DNA of 64,000 bases from Vulcanimicrobiota bacterium. GTDB lineage: Bacteria; Vulcanimicrobiota; Xenobia; Xenobiales; JADMJV01. The stretch spans positions 320,001 to 384,000 of the forward strand of contig JBFWNU010000001.1 of the NCBI GenBank assembly GCA_050250895.1, in the 5' to 3' direction. Position 1 is the first letter of the stretch, and every line of letters begins with the position of its first letter. The notes beneath the pieces are model-generated. The model had not been told where the DNA came from. It did no database searches and was given only the letters and a program-made list of their open reading frames with translations. A program made the position numbers and the translations under genes. Shown one piece after another: positions 1-9,599 of this stretch.

Positions 1-2
1 AA

Positions 3-494
3 GAGGGATTGGGCCGGGCCACCGCCGACAGCCTGTGCCGGACTCCCGGGGTGGGTCAAGCCCGAGCGGCGGCTTTGCTGGCCGGCATCGAACTGGGTCG
101 CCGGCTGGCCGTGCCCAGCGGGCCGAGAATCGGCTGTCCGGAAGACGTCTTCGAACTGCTGGTCGACATGGTCGACTACGACCGCGAGCACTTCGTGGCC
201 CTCTATCTCGACGCGCGGCGGCGAGTGATCGGGCAAGAAACGGTCTCGGTCGGCACGCTGACAGCCAGTCTGGTCCATCCCCGCGAGGTCTTTGCCCCGG
301 CCCTGCAGCGGCGGGCGGCCACGGTCGTAGTGGCCCACAACCACCCCTCCGGGGATCCTACCCCGAGTGCCGAGGATGTGGCCCTGACCCGACGGTTGGT
401 CAGGGCCGGCGAACTATTGGGGGTGGAACTGCTCGATCACATCGTGGTGGGGCGCTGGGGATTTGCCAGCATCCGGGAACTCGGCGAAATCTGA
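3..494 (+). CDS. radC: RadC family JAB-domain protein (5' truncated by window edge)
   Basis: HPREVF, HNHPSGDPTPSxED and LLDHIVVG motifs; frame open from the window start. Confidence 0.93.
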   Translation, partial: EGLGRATADSLCRTPGVGQARAAALLAGIELGRRLAVPSGPRIGCPEDVFELLVDMVDYDREHFVALYLDARRRVIGQETVSVGTLTASLVHPREVFAPALQRRAATVVVAHNHPSGDPTPSAEDVALTRRLVRAGELLGVELLDHIVVGRWGFASIRELGEI

Positions 495-542
495 GGGAGG
501 AAACGAACCTCACCGGCAGCAATATGGCCTCAGAGTCTATCG

Positions 543-1625
543 ATGAAAATCGTGATTGACGCCATGGGGGGCGATTACGCCCCCGAAGAGGTCGTGATGG
601 GGGCTGCCGAGGCGGCCAGCAGTGTCGCGGCCACTTTAGTGCTGGTCGGCGACGAGCAGCGAATTCGTGCTGCCCTGGCCGAGCGCGACCTGCAACTGGC
701 CCAGCGCAAGCGCCGTCTGCGCGACCGCCGCCGGCGCAAGAAAAAGGGCGAAGAGCACAAGCCGGTGCTCAGCGCCGATCTGGTCGAGATCGTTCATACC
801 GACGACCACATTGGCATGGACGAGAGTCCCGGCCCTGGCCTGCGCAAGCGCGACAACGCCTCGATGGTGGTGGCCGCCCGCATGGTCCGCGACGGCGAGG
901 CCCAGGCGATGGTTTGCGCCGGCAATACCGGCGCTTTGTTGCAGGTAGCCCTGTTCGAGATCGGCCGCGTGCAGGGCATTCGCCGCCCGGCCCTGGCGGC
1001 TGTCCTACCCACCGACGGGCGCCCCTCGCTGGCCCTCGACATGGGCGCTAACGCCGACTGCAAGCCCGAATACTTGTTGCAATTTGCCGAGATGGGCTCG
1101 ATCTACGCGGCCCGGGTGATGGGCATCGACAATCCGCGGGTGGGCCTGCTCAATATCGGCACCGAGCCCACCAAAGGCAGTGCAGCGGTGGTGGCTGCCC
1201 ATCAGTTGCTGGCTGAGTCGAAGCTGAATTTTGTGGGCAACATCGAGCCTATGGGCTTTTTCGCGGGTGAGACCGATGTGGCCGTCTGCGACGGCTTCGT
1301 GGGCAATATGGTGCTCAAAACCAGTGAAGCCGTTTCGGAATGGCTGATGGGGCGGGTGCGCAACGCCGCCCGGCGCACTCCGGCGGCCAAGATTGGCGGG
1401 CACTTGCTGCGCCCTTCCCTGCGCTTGCTCAAGCAAGACATCAGCCACTCTGACCACGGCGGCGCGGTCTTGCTGGGTCTGCGCGGGGTGGTGGTGAAGT
1501 GCCACGGCCGGGCCGACGCCCAAGCCATCACCAACGGCATTCGGGTGGCCGCCCGAACCGTCGAAAAGCAGGTCGTCGAGCTGATTGCCAAGAGCCCCAA
1601 CGACAAAAGCGAGGTTCAGGTGTGA
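543..1625 (+). CDS. plsX: Phosphate acyltransferase PlsX
   Basis: IDAMGGDYAP, AGNTGA, RPAL, DMGANAD, GLLNIGTE, DGFVGN, KCHG motifs. Confidence 0.96.
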   Translation: MKIVIDAMGGDYAPEEVVMGAAEAASSVAATLVLVGDEQRIRAALAERDLQLAQRKRRLRDRRRRKKKGEEHKPVLSADLVEIVHTDDHIGMDESPGPGLRKRDNASMVVAARMVRDGEAQAMVCAGNTGALLQVALFEIGRVQGIRRPALAAVLPTDGRPSLALDMGANADCKPEYLLQFAEMGSIYAARVMGIDNPRVGLLNIGTEPTKGSAAVVAAHQLLAESKLNFVGNIEPMGFFAGETDVAVCDGFVGNMVLKTSEAVSEWLMGRVRNAARRTPAAKIGGHLLRPSLRLLKQDISHSDHGGAVLLGLRGVVVKCHGRADAQAITNGIRVAARTVEKQVVELIAKSPNDKSEVQV

Positions 1626-4000
1626 GCCTCTCCGAGCAGGCTCAATCTCTGTGCAATAGTCTCATCCGGGCGCTGCGCGAAGAATATCGCGACGGCTTGC
1701 GCGGACGCCGCGGGGTCGACCAGGTTTTGGAGCGCTGGTCGGTCGAGGTGCAAAAGCTCGAGAGCGAAGAATCCCGCCTGCTCATGAGCACCGTGCGCCC
1801 TTTAAGTCGAGGCTATCTGCAGTTGAGTCAGGGCGAGCGCCAGCACGTGGTGGTTCAGGTGGGCCAGGACCTGGGGCGCCTGGCCGGCATCGAGCGTCCT
1901 CGGGCCCAGACCACCGTGGCCCACCCCCCCGCCGGGACCCCCAAACTGGGGCTAGACTCAGACGTTCAGTATCTCAAGGGGGTCGGACCTCGCATGGCCG
2001 GTCTGCTCAAGCGCCTCAACATCAGTACCGTGGGCGATCTGCTCGAGCATCTGCCCCGGCGCTGGGAGGACCGTACCAATTTTCGCCAGATCCGCCAACT
2101 ACGTGACGGCGCCGTCGAGATCGTGCGGGGCGTATTGGGGGCCTTCACCAAGAAAGAACCGCGCCGGGGGCTGTCGATTCTCAATGCGGAACTGTCGGAT
2201 GCCACCGGCACCGTGCAGTTGACCTTTTTCAATCAGCGCCACCTGGCCAAGCAGCTGTGTCCCGGCCAGGAGGTGGTGGCGGTGGGCAAGGTCGAGCGAA
2301 AATTTCACCAGACCCAGATGACAGCCCCTGAAATCGAGCCGGTCAGCGAAGCCGGCATTCACACCGGGCGCATTATTCCCGTCTATCCGCTCACCGGCTC
2401 GTTGTCGCAGAAGTGGATCCGCAAGGTCCAATTCGGCGTGGTGCCCACCTATGCGCAAAAATCGGTCGATCCGCTGCCATCGAGCCTGTTGGCCAGGCGA
2501 AGCCTTCCGCCCCGCCCTGACGCGCTGCTGGAGTATCACTGGCCCAGCAATCACGACCGCCACGAGCAGGCCCGCCTGAGGCTGGCCTTTGAAGAGCTGT
2601 TTTTGCTCCAGGTCGAGATCGCCCAGGCTCGCGCCACTCGAGAGCTCGACCCGCGCACCGTCCACTACGACTTCGCGGCCATTGCCCCGGCCAATTTTGA
2701 AGAACTGCTGCCCTTTGCCCCGACCGGCGCCCAGCGTCGAGTGATGGCTGAAGTGGTCCAAGACCTGGGACGCGATGCTCCGATGAATCGGTTGCTGCAG
2801 GGCGATGTGGGAGCCGGCAAGACCGTCATTGCGGCCTTCGCCGCCTGGTGCGCCATCAAGAGCGGCTATCAGGCCGCCATCATGGCTCCCACCGAGATCC
2901 TGGCCGAACAACATTTTCACAAGCTATCGGCCATGCTCGAGCCGGCCGGCTTCAAGGTGGGCCGCCTGTCGGGCAGTCTGCGCAAGAAAGCCAAGCTCGA
3001 GGTGTATGCGCAACTGGCGGCGGGCGAGCTTGACCTGGTGGTAGGCACCCATGCTCTGATCCAGGAGGGAGTGGAATTCGACCGGCTGGGCCTGGTGGTG
3101 GTCGACGAACAGCACAAATTCGGCGTTATGCAGCGCACCGTGCTGCGCCAGAAAGGCCACCGCGGCAACCCCGATCTGCTGGTCATGACGGCCACTCCCA
3201 TCCCCCGCACCCTGGCCCTGACGCTTTACGGCGATCTGGAGGTTTCGCGTCTCGACGAGCTACCCCCGGGGCGCCAGCCCATTCGCTCGGAATCGGTGCC
3301 GTTTTCAGAGCGCAAGCGAGTCTATGAAGAGATTCGGGCCCAGATTCGCGAGGGTCGCCAGGCCTATATCATCTGCCCACTGGTGGAAGAGACCGAAAAG
3401 GTCGAAGCTACCGCCGCGGTGGAAGAGGCCGAGGTGGTCCAGCAAAGGGTCTTTCCCGAGTTCTCGGTGGCCCTGCTCCACGGCAAAATGAAGGCCGCCG
3501 AAAAAGAGGCGGTGATGGAGGCCTTTCGCAGCGGCCAGCATCAGATTCTCATCTCCACCACCGTCATCGAGGTCGGAGTCGACGTACCCAACGCCACCGT
3601 CATGCTGGTGCAAGACGCCAATCGCTTTGGTCTGGCCCAACTGCACCAATTGCGGGGCCGGGTCGGGCGCGGCGCCCATGCCTCGCGCTGCATCTTCATG
3701 GGAGACGCCAAGAGTGCCGATTCGCGACGGCGTCTGGAGGCTATCGCCCGTATGTCCGACGGCTTTGAGGTGGCCGAAGAAGACCTGCAAATTCGCGGCC
3801 CCGGCGACTTCTACGGCTTTCGCCAGTCGGGCTTTCCCGAACTCAAGGTGGCCGATCTGCTGCGCGACCAACCCCTGCTCGAAGAAGCGCGCCATGAGGC
3901 GCGGGCCCTGCTCGCAGCCGATCCCGAACTCGAGCGGCATCCCAACCTCAAGGCTCACCTCGAGGCCCGCTCGCTGCGCACGGCGGAGCTCGTCCATTGA
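1622..4000 (+). CDS. recG: ATP-dependent DNA helicase RecG
   Basis: LKGVGP wedge start, MNRLLQGDVGAGKT, DEQHKFG, MTATPIPRTL, QLRGRVGRG; GTG at 1622 overlaps the plsX stop. Confidence 0.96.
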   Translation: MSLSEQAQSLCNSLIRALREEYRDGLRGRRGVDQVLERWSVEVQKLESEESRLLMSTVRPLSRGYLQLSQGERQHVVVQVGQDLGRLAGIERPRAQTTVAHPPAGTPKLGLDSDVQYLKGVGPRMAGLLKRLNISTVGDLLEHLPRRWEDRTNFRQIRQLRDGAVEIVRGVLGAFTKKEPRRGLSILNAELSDATGTVQLTFFNQRHLAKQLCPGQEVVAVGKVERKFHQTQMTAPEIEPVSEAGIHTGRIIPVYPLTGSLSQKWIRKVQFGVVPTYAQKSVDPLPSSLLARRSLPPRPDALLEYHWPSNHDRHEQARLRLAFEELFLLQVEIAQARATRELDPRTVHYDFAAIAPANFEELLPFAPTGAQRRVMAEVVQDLGRDAPMNRLLQGDVGAGKTVIAAFAAWCAIKSGYQAAIMAPTEILAEQHFHKLSAMLEPAGFKVGRLSGSLRKKAKLEVYAQLAAGELDLVVGTHALIQEGVEFDRLGLVVVDEQHKFGVMQRTVLRQKGHRGNPDLLVMTATPIPRTLALTLYGDLEVSRLDELPPGRQPIRSESVPFSERKRVYEEIRAQIREGRQAYIICPLVEETEKVEATAAVEEAEVVQQRVFPEFSVALLHGKMKAAEKEAVMEAFRSGQHQILISTTVIEVGVDVPNATVMLVQDANRFGLAQLHQLRGRVGRGAHASRCIFMGDAKSADSRRRLEAIARMSDGFEVAEEDLQIRGPGDFYGFRQSGFPELKVADLLRDQPLLEEARHEARALLAADPELERHPNLKAHLEARSLRTAELVH

Positions 4001-4473
4001 GTGCTCCCAAGGTGCGACCCACCACCGCCAAGGTGCGCGAGTCGTTGATGGCCATTCTGGCCGATCAGCTCGAGGGGGCCCGGGTACTCGATCTGTTCGC
4101 TGGGAGTGGCTCGCTGGGTCTGGCCAGTCTCGGCGAAGGGGCTAGCGAGGTGGTCTTTGTCGAGGGCGACCCCAAAGTGGCTCAACAGTTGCGGGCTCGC
4201 CTGACGCCGGCCTGTCGCCTGGTCACCGGCAAGCTGCCCCAAGCGCTCGGCCGAGTCAAGGGCACTTTCGACGTGGTGCTGGCTGACCCACCTTATGATG
4301 CTCCCCAGGGCCCTCGCTGCTTGGAACGACTGGGCCCGTTGCTGAACCCGGCCGCGGTGGCCGTGTTCGAACACCACCACAAGCAGGACTATCCCGAAGC
4401 GATGGGAGGACTGGAACTGTATCGCCGCGAGCGTCACGGCGAGACGGCCCTGTCCTTCTATCGACAGACGTGA
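3997..4473 (+). CDS. rsmD: 16S rRNA (guanine966-N2)-methyltransferase RsmD
   Basis: VRPTTAKVRE, LDLFAGSGSLG, DPPY; usual recG-rsmD linkage. Confidence 0.9.
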   Translation: MSAPKVRPTTAKVRESLMAILADQLEGARVLDLFAGSGSLGLASLGEGASEVVFVEGDPKVAQQLRARLTPACRLVTGKLPQALGRVKGTFDVVLADPPYDAPQGPRCLERLGPLLNPAAVAVFEHHHKQDYPEAMGGLELYRRERHGETALSFYRQT

Positions 4474-4483
4474 AGGAGCGACT

Positions 4484-5674
4484 ATGCGCCGGTACCTGGC
4501 CATCCTCTGGCTGACCCTCTGGCTGGGTTGTAACCCTACGCCCCCAGCCCACACCGAGGCCACCCCCTCGGCCACTCCGAGCCCGGCCAAGCTGGTGCAG
4601 AATTCGCCGATCCAACCGGCTCCCGAGGGATATCTGGTGATCAAGCCGGGCCCGGATTGGTGGCGCCAGTTAGAGGGCGCCGAGCTGGCTAAGGGGGTCT
4701 ATCTCGAGCCGGGTACCTACAAACTCGACCAGGCTCTGATGCTGGTGGGTGACGCCCGCATTCAGGGGGCCGGAATTTTGCACACTCGCATCGTGAGCAC
4801 CAGTAGCCGCATGGCCCTGGGCTTTGCCCAGGGAGGCAAGGTGGAGTTGAGTCACCTGACCATCGAGCACCAGGGAGACAAGCCCGCCAATGTGGTCGAC
4901 ATCGAGGCCGAGAGCCTCACCATGATGGCCTGCGCTTTGAGGAATGGCGCCGCTCCCGAGGATACCCTCGAGGCCGGCAACGGCCTGGTGCTGCGCGGTA
5001 AGACCAAAGCCTCGCTTGAACTGTGCGAATTTAGCGGCAATCGTTCGTGCGGGGTGTATCAACTTGGCCAGAGCAACGTTGTAGCCAAGCACTGCCAGGC
5101 CTTCGACAATCAGCTGTCCGGATGGCTCGGAGACGAGAGCTCCGTGCTCGACATCCAGCAGAGCGAAGTCTATGAAAACGCTCGCAACGGCCTGGATTGG
5201 GCCGGCGGAAAGCTCACCTCCACCAAGACCAAATGCAGCCAGAATGCCGCCACCGGAATTTTGGCCACCGAAGAAACCTCGGCCACGCTTCACGAGAACG
5301 AGTGCAGCCACAATGGTCAGCATGGCATCCAGATCGGGGGTGGCTACCAGCTGGTCGGCAATACGTGCTCGCACAACGCCGAGCTGGGCATCAATCTAGA
5401 CGGCGACCAGACCGGTCTGGTCAAAGGCAACCAGTGCCAACAGAACGCCCTGCATGGGATCGAGGTCGGAGAGCAAGCCACTCCTGAACTCACCGGCAAT
5501 CGGCTGGTCAAGAACACCATCGCCGGGCTGTCCTACTACCAACAAGCGGCCGGCAAGGCCTCAGGCAACGTCATTTCAGACAATGGCCGGGCGGCCATCG
5601 TGATCGAGGCCCCCGCTAATCCCGAACTGGGAGAGAACACGCTCAGTGGCGCGGTCGAGCGAACTCAGCCGTGA
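4484..5674 (+). CDS. Lipoprotein with right-handed parallel beta-helix repeats
   Basis: Lipobox-like WLGC after a hydrophobic stretch; repeated GN.C..N...GI units. Confidence 0.8.
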   Translation: MRRYLAILWLTLWLGCNPTPPAHTEATPSATPSPAKLVQNSPIQPAPEGYLVIKPGPDWWRQLEGAELAKGVYLEPGTYKLDQALMLVGDARIQGAGILHTRIVSTSSRMALGFAQGGKVELSHLTIEHQGDKPANVVDIEAESLTMMACALRNGAAPEDTLEAGNGLVLRGKTKASLELCEFSGNRSCGVYQLGQSNVVAKHCQAFDNQLSGWLGDESSVLDIQQSEVYENARNGLDWAGGKLTSTKTKCSQNAATGILATEETSATLHENECSHNGQHGIQIGGGYQLVGNTCSHNAELGINLDGDQTGLVKGNQCQQNALHGIEVGEQATPELTGNRLVKNTIAGLSYYQQAAGKASGNVISDNGRAAIVIEAPANPELGENTLSGAVERTQP

Positions 5675-6385
5675 TTACTTGAACTCGCCGGTCACGGCCT
5701 CATCGGCGATGTTGAGGTGCTTCTCGAGCTGCTGCTCGAGATAGTAGGCCTCGTTGACGTTGTGCAGGCCGCTCAGGATGCTGACTCGATCGCCGTTGGC
5801 CAACAGACAGCACAACTCATAAGAGCGGCTGCCCTTGTTGCCGATGTGCTGAACCACGAAAAACTGCTTGAGTTCGTTGGTGCGAAGCTTCTTGCCCCCA
5901 GGCCAGGGCAGGGGCCCGTGCCACACCTCGAAATCCATCGAGTCGACCTTTAGCTCGGAACGATTGAAGAAGCCCGTGATGACGGTGTAGCTCAACAAAA
6001 CCCCCACGGCCACATGCAATAGCGGAAACAGCAGCATGGCGAGCGGTGGATTCTTAGCCGAAAAGGCCAGACTATACCACACGATGAGAAAGCCGTCCCA
6101 GAACACGCAGAAGAACAGCAGGGCGAAAATCTGGGGCGAGAACCAGCGCCTGGTGAAGGTGATGTCGCGACCGCGCGGCGTGCTGACGATCGACGACGGA
6201 CAGGCAGCCTCGGCTCGTTTGGGGACCGGCGTAGCGGCAACCCCCCCGCCACTCGAAGCCGGTAGCTGCTCGGAGCAGTCGAAGAGGTCGTCGCAAACGC
6301 GACAGCGCCCCACCAGACGGTCGAGGTTAACGTCTTCGGAGCCGATGCGGCCACCACAATTGGGACAACGAATAGAAATGCTCAC
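5675..6385 (-). CDS. Membrane protein with N-terminal zinc ribbon
   Basis: CPNC...CRVC followed by two hydrophobic helices (FCVFWDGFL, FPLLHVAVG). Confidence 0.75.
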   Translation of the reverse strand: MSISIRCPNCGGRIGSEDVNLDRLVGRCRVCDDLFDCSEQLPASSGGGVAATPVPKRAEAACPSSIVSTPRGRDITFTRRWFSPQIFALLFFCVFWDGFLIVWYSLAFSAKNPPLAMLLFPLLHVAVGVLLSYTVITGFFNRSELKVDSMDFEVWHGPLPWPGGKKLRTNELKQFFVVQHIGNKGSRSYELCCLLANGDRVSILSGLHNVNEAYYLEQQLEKHLNIADEAVTGEFK

Positions 6386-6418
6386 CGTAATTACTTCCCG
6401 TTGGTGACCCTGTGCCCT

Positions 6419-6709
6419 CTAGCGGTTAAGCCACCAGATGATGCCAGAGATGCCGAGCATCACCGCCAGCCCGATGCTGAGCGGCCCGGCGTTCTCGGGT
6501 TCGGCGTTGATAAAATAGCCGGTTCCGATGAGGGCCAGCATCACAATGAGCAACAGAAAGACCTTGATCAGCTTGCCCGACTTCTCGCGTTCGGCGACCT
6601 CTTGCTTGCGGGTCTCGTTGCGCTTGGCTTCGTGGCCCTTCTGATCGCCCAGGGCCTCTTCTAAAGCGTTGGTGTAAATGTTGTCGTATGCTGAAGAGCG
6701 TTTCTCCAC
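6419..6709 (-). CDS. Small two-TM membrane protein
   Basis: Two C-terminal hydrophobic helices; TTGCTC-N17-TATACT promoter 6 nt before the GTG. Confidence 0.7.
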   Translation of the reverse strand: MEKRSSAYDNIYTNALEEALGDQKGHEAKRNETRKQEVAEREKSGKLIKVFLLLIVMLALIGTGYFINAEPENAGPLSIGLAVMLGISGIIWWLNR

Positions 6710-6788
6710 CCGAACAGTATAGTAGATTCAAACTAGTCGAGCAATGGGGGCTGCAGGTTGGACCCTCGAAAAGCAAGAATCCTCCGCG

Positions 6789-7649
6789 ATGCAAAGCATC
6801 TTGAGCTGGGTAGGCACGATCATCCTGGTGGTTTTCGTGCATTTGATCGCCACTCCGATCCATGATTGGTTCCTCAATCGAAGCCGACCGCCCGAGGCTC
6901 CCACTCCCGAACGGGCGCCTATAAAACTCGAAACCTATCTCACCGCCGAAACGGTCAGTCACGAGCTGGAAATGCTTGACGATGAGCTGTGGACCTACAC
7001 CTGGGTCATGAAGGCTCAAGCCGACCCTCGCGATGTCTACGAGTTCTACCACCAGGCCTATCCAAAGGTAGAATTCATCAACGAATACGGCTTCTATCAG
7101 GCCGAGTTTCTGCCCGACGGAGCAGGCGAAGAAGAACTGGTGATGGTGGCCATCGGGCCTGATGAGGAAGAACCCGGCAAGACCGCTATCCATCTCGCCG
7201 AGAACAAGCGCGTAAAGGGCGGATTCGTGCCTCCCTACCGGGTCCTCTGGTGGAGTATCGCCCTGGTGCTCATCGTCGGATGGAACGTGCTGGTGGCCGT
7301 GCTCACCGGTCAGGCCTCGGTCGAGAAAGAGGGCGGCTCCGAACCGACGCCGTCGGGTCCTCCCACTCCGAACCTCCCGCCCCCACCGATGCCAACCCCC
7401 GCTCCCGTTCCTGAACCCGTGGCCGCCGGCCCCAGCGAAGCCGACCTGCGAGCCGAATTCACCGAGGCGATCCACTCAGGCCTGCGCGAGATGGGGCACC
7501 AGGTGGAAGAAAAAGAGCAACTGGTCATCTATCTGACTCGCCGCGGCCACCGGGAAGAAGTCGAACTCGACACGCTGTTTTTCATGTGGAAGAATCACGT
7601 CAACGACCGAGCCAAGATCGTGGCCAACTTCTTGAGCCAGCACAAGTAG
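6789..7649 (+). CDS. Hypothetical membrane protein
   Basis: Two TM segments and a Pro-rich linker; start uncertain (6744 or 6789). Confidence 0.65.
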   Translation: MQSILSWVGTIILVVFVHLIATPIHDWFLNRSRPPEAPTPERAPIKLETYLTAETVSHELEMLDDELWTYTWVMKAQADPRDVYEFYHQAYPKVEFINEYGFYQAEFLPDGAGEEELVMVAIGPDEEEPGKTAIHLAENKRVKGGFVPPYRVLWWSIALVLIVGWNVLVAVLTGQASVEKEGGSEPTPSGPPTPNLPPPPMPTPAPVPEPVAAGPSEADLRAEFTEAIHSGLREMGHQVEEKEQLVIYLTRRGHREEVELDTLFFMWKNHVNDRAKIVANFLSQHK

Positions 7650-7651
7650 GG

Positions 7652-8608
7652 CTAGTGGTTTCCGCAGTTGCAGCCGGCGGGATGCTGCTCGCCTGGGGCC
7701 AGGTTGCGGCCTAACACCGAGCCGGCGTGATAGCCGCTCTCGCCCCCGACCCGCAGGCCGTGCCACAAACCTTTGGCCAGAGCCACCGGCAGACCGACCG
7801 TCACTCCGGCAATCGAACCGGCCAGGCGTGAACCGGTGAACGAGGCCACCTTCTGGTGGACCTGGTGCCCCAGGCTGCCGAGCTTCTTTTCCAGGGGAGC
7901 CAGGCCGTGGATGGTGGCCGGCCCATAACGCTTTGCCAGCTTCTGGTTGAATTCGTTGGTCTGGCCGCGGCCGGCCACCGTTCCCAGCACGGCTCCAGCG
8001 GCCAGATGGGCCAGACCGAAGGCGGTGGCTCCGAGGGCCGCGCCAACCACGCCGCCGACTATGCCAAGAGCCGTCTGCAGAGCCGTGCGCTGGCTCTGCG
8101 AACTGGTCTGGCGAGGACCATGGTGGGTGACCAGAAAGCGCGTGGGAGCGGTGTGGTCCTGGCCGGGCCGGTCGACCACGCGAAAATGAACTTCGTCTTT
8201 GAGCATGCTGGTCCACTGTTGGGTGACCTGCTGGGCCTCTTCGGGTTTGCCCCCCGCATGCAGAGCTGCCGACCGGTCGACTAAACGCTTGAGTTCGGTC
8301 AGGCGTTCTTGATCGCCGTCGTGGTCGAACTCGAAGCGATCGGCCAGACGGTCCATGGGAGTGGTCATCACGGCTTCGCCGAACTGGCGCAGGTAAAAGG
8401 CCGCGCCCTCGCGATTGCAGCGCTGCAAACGAAGCACCCCGTCGAGACCGCCGGCTACCGGGCCATTCTGCTTGACCGTGGTTCGCATGTAGGCCGAGCA
8501 AGACGGGAAATAGAGGCAGTTCGATCCGTTTTCGGCGTTGAAGTCCTTGGAGATGTAGCGCTGATAAACTCGAACCGCGCCGTCTGCTATGCGTCCACCG
8601 ATGCTCAT
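7652..8608 (-). CDS. YidD-like (haemolytic-domain) protein with glycine-zipper C-terminal extension
   Basis: YQRYIS...CLYFPSCSAY...G...G..RLQRCN YidD signature, then GxxxG-rich hydrophobic helices. Confidence 0.75.
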   Translation of the reverse strand: MSIGGRIADGAVRVYQRYISKDFNAENGSNCLYFPSCSAYMRTTVKQNGPVAGGLDGVLRLQRCNREGAAFYLRQFGEAVMTTPMDRLADRFEFDHDGDQERLTELKRLVDRSAALHAGGKPEEAQQVTQQWTSMLKDEVHFRVVDRPGQDHTAPTRFLVTHHGPRQTSSQSQRTALQTALGIVGGVVGAALGATAFGLAHLAAGAVLGTVAGRGQTNEFNQKLAKRYGPATIHGLAPLEKKLGSLGHQVHQKVASFTGSRLAGSIAGVTVGLPVALAKGLWHGLRVGGESGYHAGSVLGRNLAPGEQHPAGCNCGNH

Positions 8609-8616
8609 GCAAGACT

Positions 8617-8638
8617 ATCCTAGCCCGAGACTCTGAAA
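8617..8638 (-). promoter_or_regulatory. TTTCAG-N10-TAGGAT promoter, 8 nt before ATG
   Basis: Same geometry as five other sites in the window. Confidence 0.65.
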
Positions 8639-8645
8639 TATCATT

Positions 8646-8676
8646 AAAAAACGGCGGCCCGTCGACCGCCGTTTTT
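8646..8676. terminator. Intrinsic terminator hairpin (bidirectional type)
   Basis: AAAAACGGCGG...CCGCCGTTTTT, downstream of the 8697-8963 gene. Confidence 0.75.
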
Positions 8677-8696
8677 CCTGAAGAATCGCCCTGGTT

Positions 8697-8963
8697 CTAG
8701 CTGTTGTTGCCGCTGCCGCAGAGGCAATAAAAGGCAGCTACACCGACGAACGCGGCCATGGCCACTTCGGTGAAGGTCATCTCTTTGTTGGCGTTAGGGC
8801 CCGAAAGAGCGGGATTGTTACCATAGATCGCGCCGGCGTCGAGGCTCTCGACACTGCCGGAATAGCCGTCGGTCTGGCTGCCGGCCTGGGGCGCGCTCTG
8901 AGAACTGGCGCTGCGGGCGTAAGCGGTCTGGGCCACGGAGGCCCCTGGGTTGATAGTGGACAT
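8697..8963 (-). CDS. Small tail-anchored protein, paralog A (ends FYCLCGS)
   Basis: SD GAGGAG; strong similarity to the 9082-9351 product. Confidence 0.85.
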   Translation of the reverse strand: MSTINPGASVAQTAYARSASSQSAPQAGSQTDGYSGSVESLDAGAIYGNNPALSGPNANKEMTFTEVAMAAFVGVAAFYCLCGSGNNS

Positions 8964-8998
8964 CGTGCTCTCCTCTGAATCTCTATGCTTGCAGCCTT

Positions 8999-9031
8999 AC
9001 TCTAAAAAACCAGTCTGAAATCAGGCTGAAA
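8999..9031 (-). promoter_or_regulatory. TTTCAG-N5-TTTCAG-N10-TAGAGT promoter
   Basis: 11-bp-period direct repeat 10 nt upstream of TANNNT. Confidence 0.7.
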
Positions 9032-9081
9032 AGCAAGAGGCGACCTGAGGCCGCCTGCTACATCTACCGTCTGCCGTCTGA

Positions 9082-9351
9082 CTACGAGTTCTGGTTCTGG
9101 CTACCACAGAGACAATAGAAGGCGGCGATGCCAGCGAAGGCCGCAATGGCGACTTCGCCGAAAGACATCTCTTTATCGCCGTTGGCCCCCGATAGGGCGG
9201 GATTGTCGCCATAAATGGCTCCGGCGTCCAGCGACTCTACGCTACCCGCGTAGCCGTCGTGGTGCACTTCTTGAGGGGTGGTGGCGCCCGAGGCGGCCCG
9301 AACGGGAGCGGTCTGGGCGACAGCGGCCCGAGCGTTGACAGTGTTGAGCAT
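9082..9351 (-). CDS. Small tail-anchored protein, paralog B (ends FYCLCGS)
   Basis: SD GGAGG; shares GSVESLDAGAIYG.NPALSG and AAFYCLCGS with paralog A. Confidence 0.85.
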   Translation of the reverse strand: MLNTVNARAAVAQTAPVRAASGATTPQEVHHDGYAGSVESLDAGAIYGDNPALSGANGDKEMSFGEVAIAAFAGIAAFYCLCGSQNQNS

Positions 9352-9390
9352 GGTTCATTCCTCCGCGCGTGTTTTTTTGTTCGCAGCCCA

Positions 9391-9423
9391 ACCGTAACGA
9401 GGCAAGCTGAAAACAGGCTGAAA
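9391..9423 (-). promoter_or_regulatory. TTTCAG-N5-TTTCAG-N10-TACGGT promoter
   Basis: Same architecture as 8999-9031. Confidence 0.7.
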
Positions 9424-9569
9424 AGATCCACCCGGGCGGGGGACCCTGAAAAACTACTCCTGGGAAAGTCGAACGTGGGCGCGGGAAATGAAGTTAGATG
9501 ACCTGTGACCTCCAGACTCAGTCTATGGGCCCGCCCTCAAAGCAAACTGAAAGCCGTCGTGAAGAAATT

Positions 9570-9591
9570 TTTCAGACCGCCTAGCTAGACT
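9570..9591 (+). promoter_or_regulatory. TTTCAG-N10-TAGACT promoter, 8 nt before ATG
   Basis: Shared motif and spacing. Confidence 0.65.
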
Positions 9592-9599
9592 GTAGGGGC

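Noticed and set aside
7476-8612. 378-aa alternative minus-strand ORF
   Set aside because: Arg/Gly-rich alternate frame over the YidD-like gene, which has the motif and the promoter.
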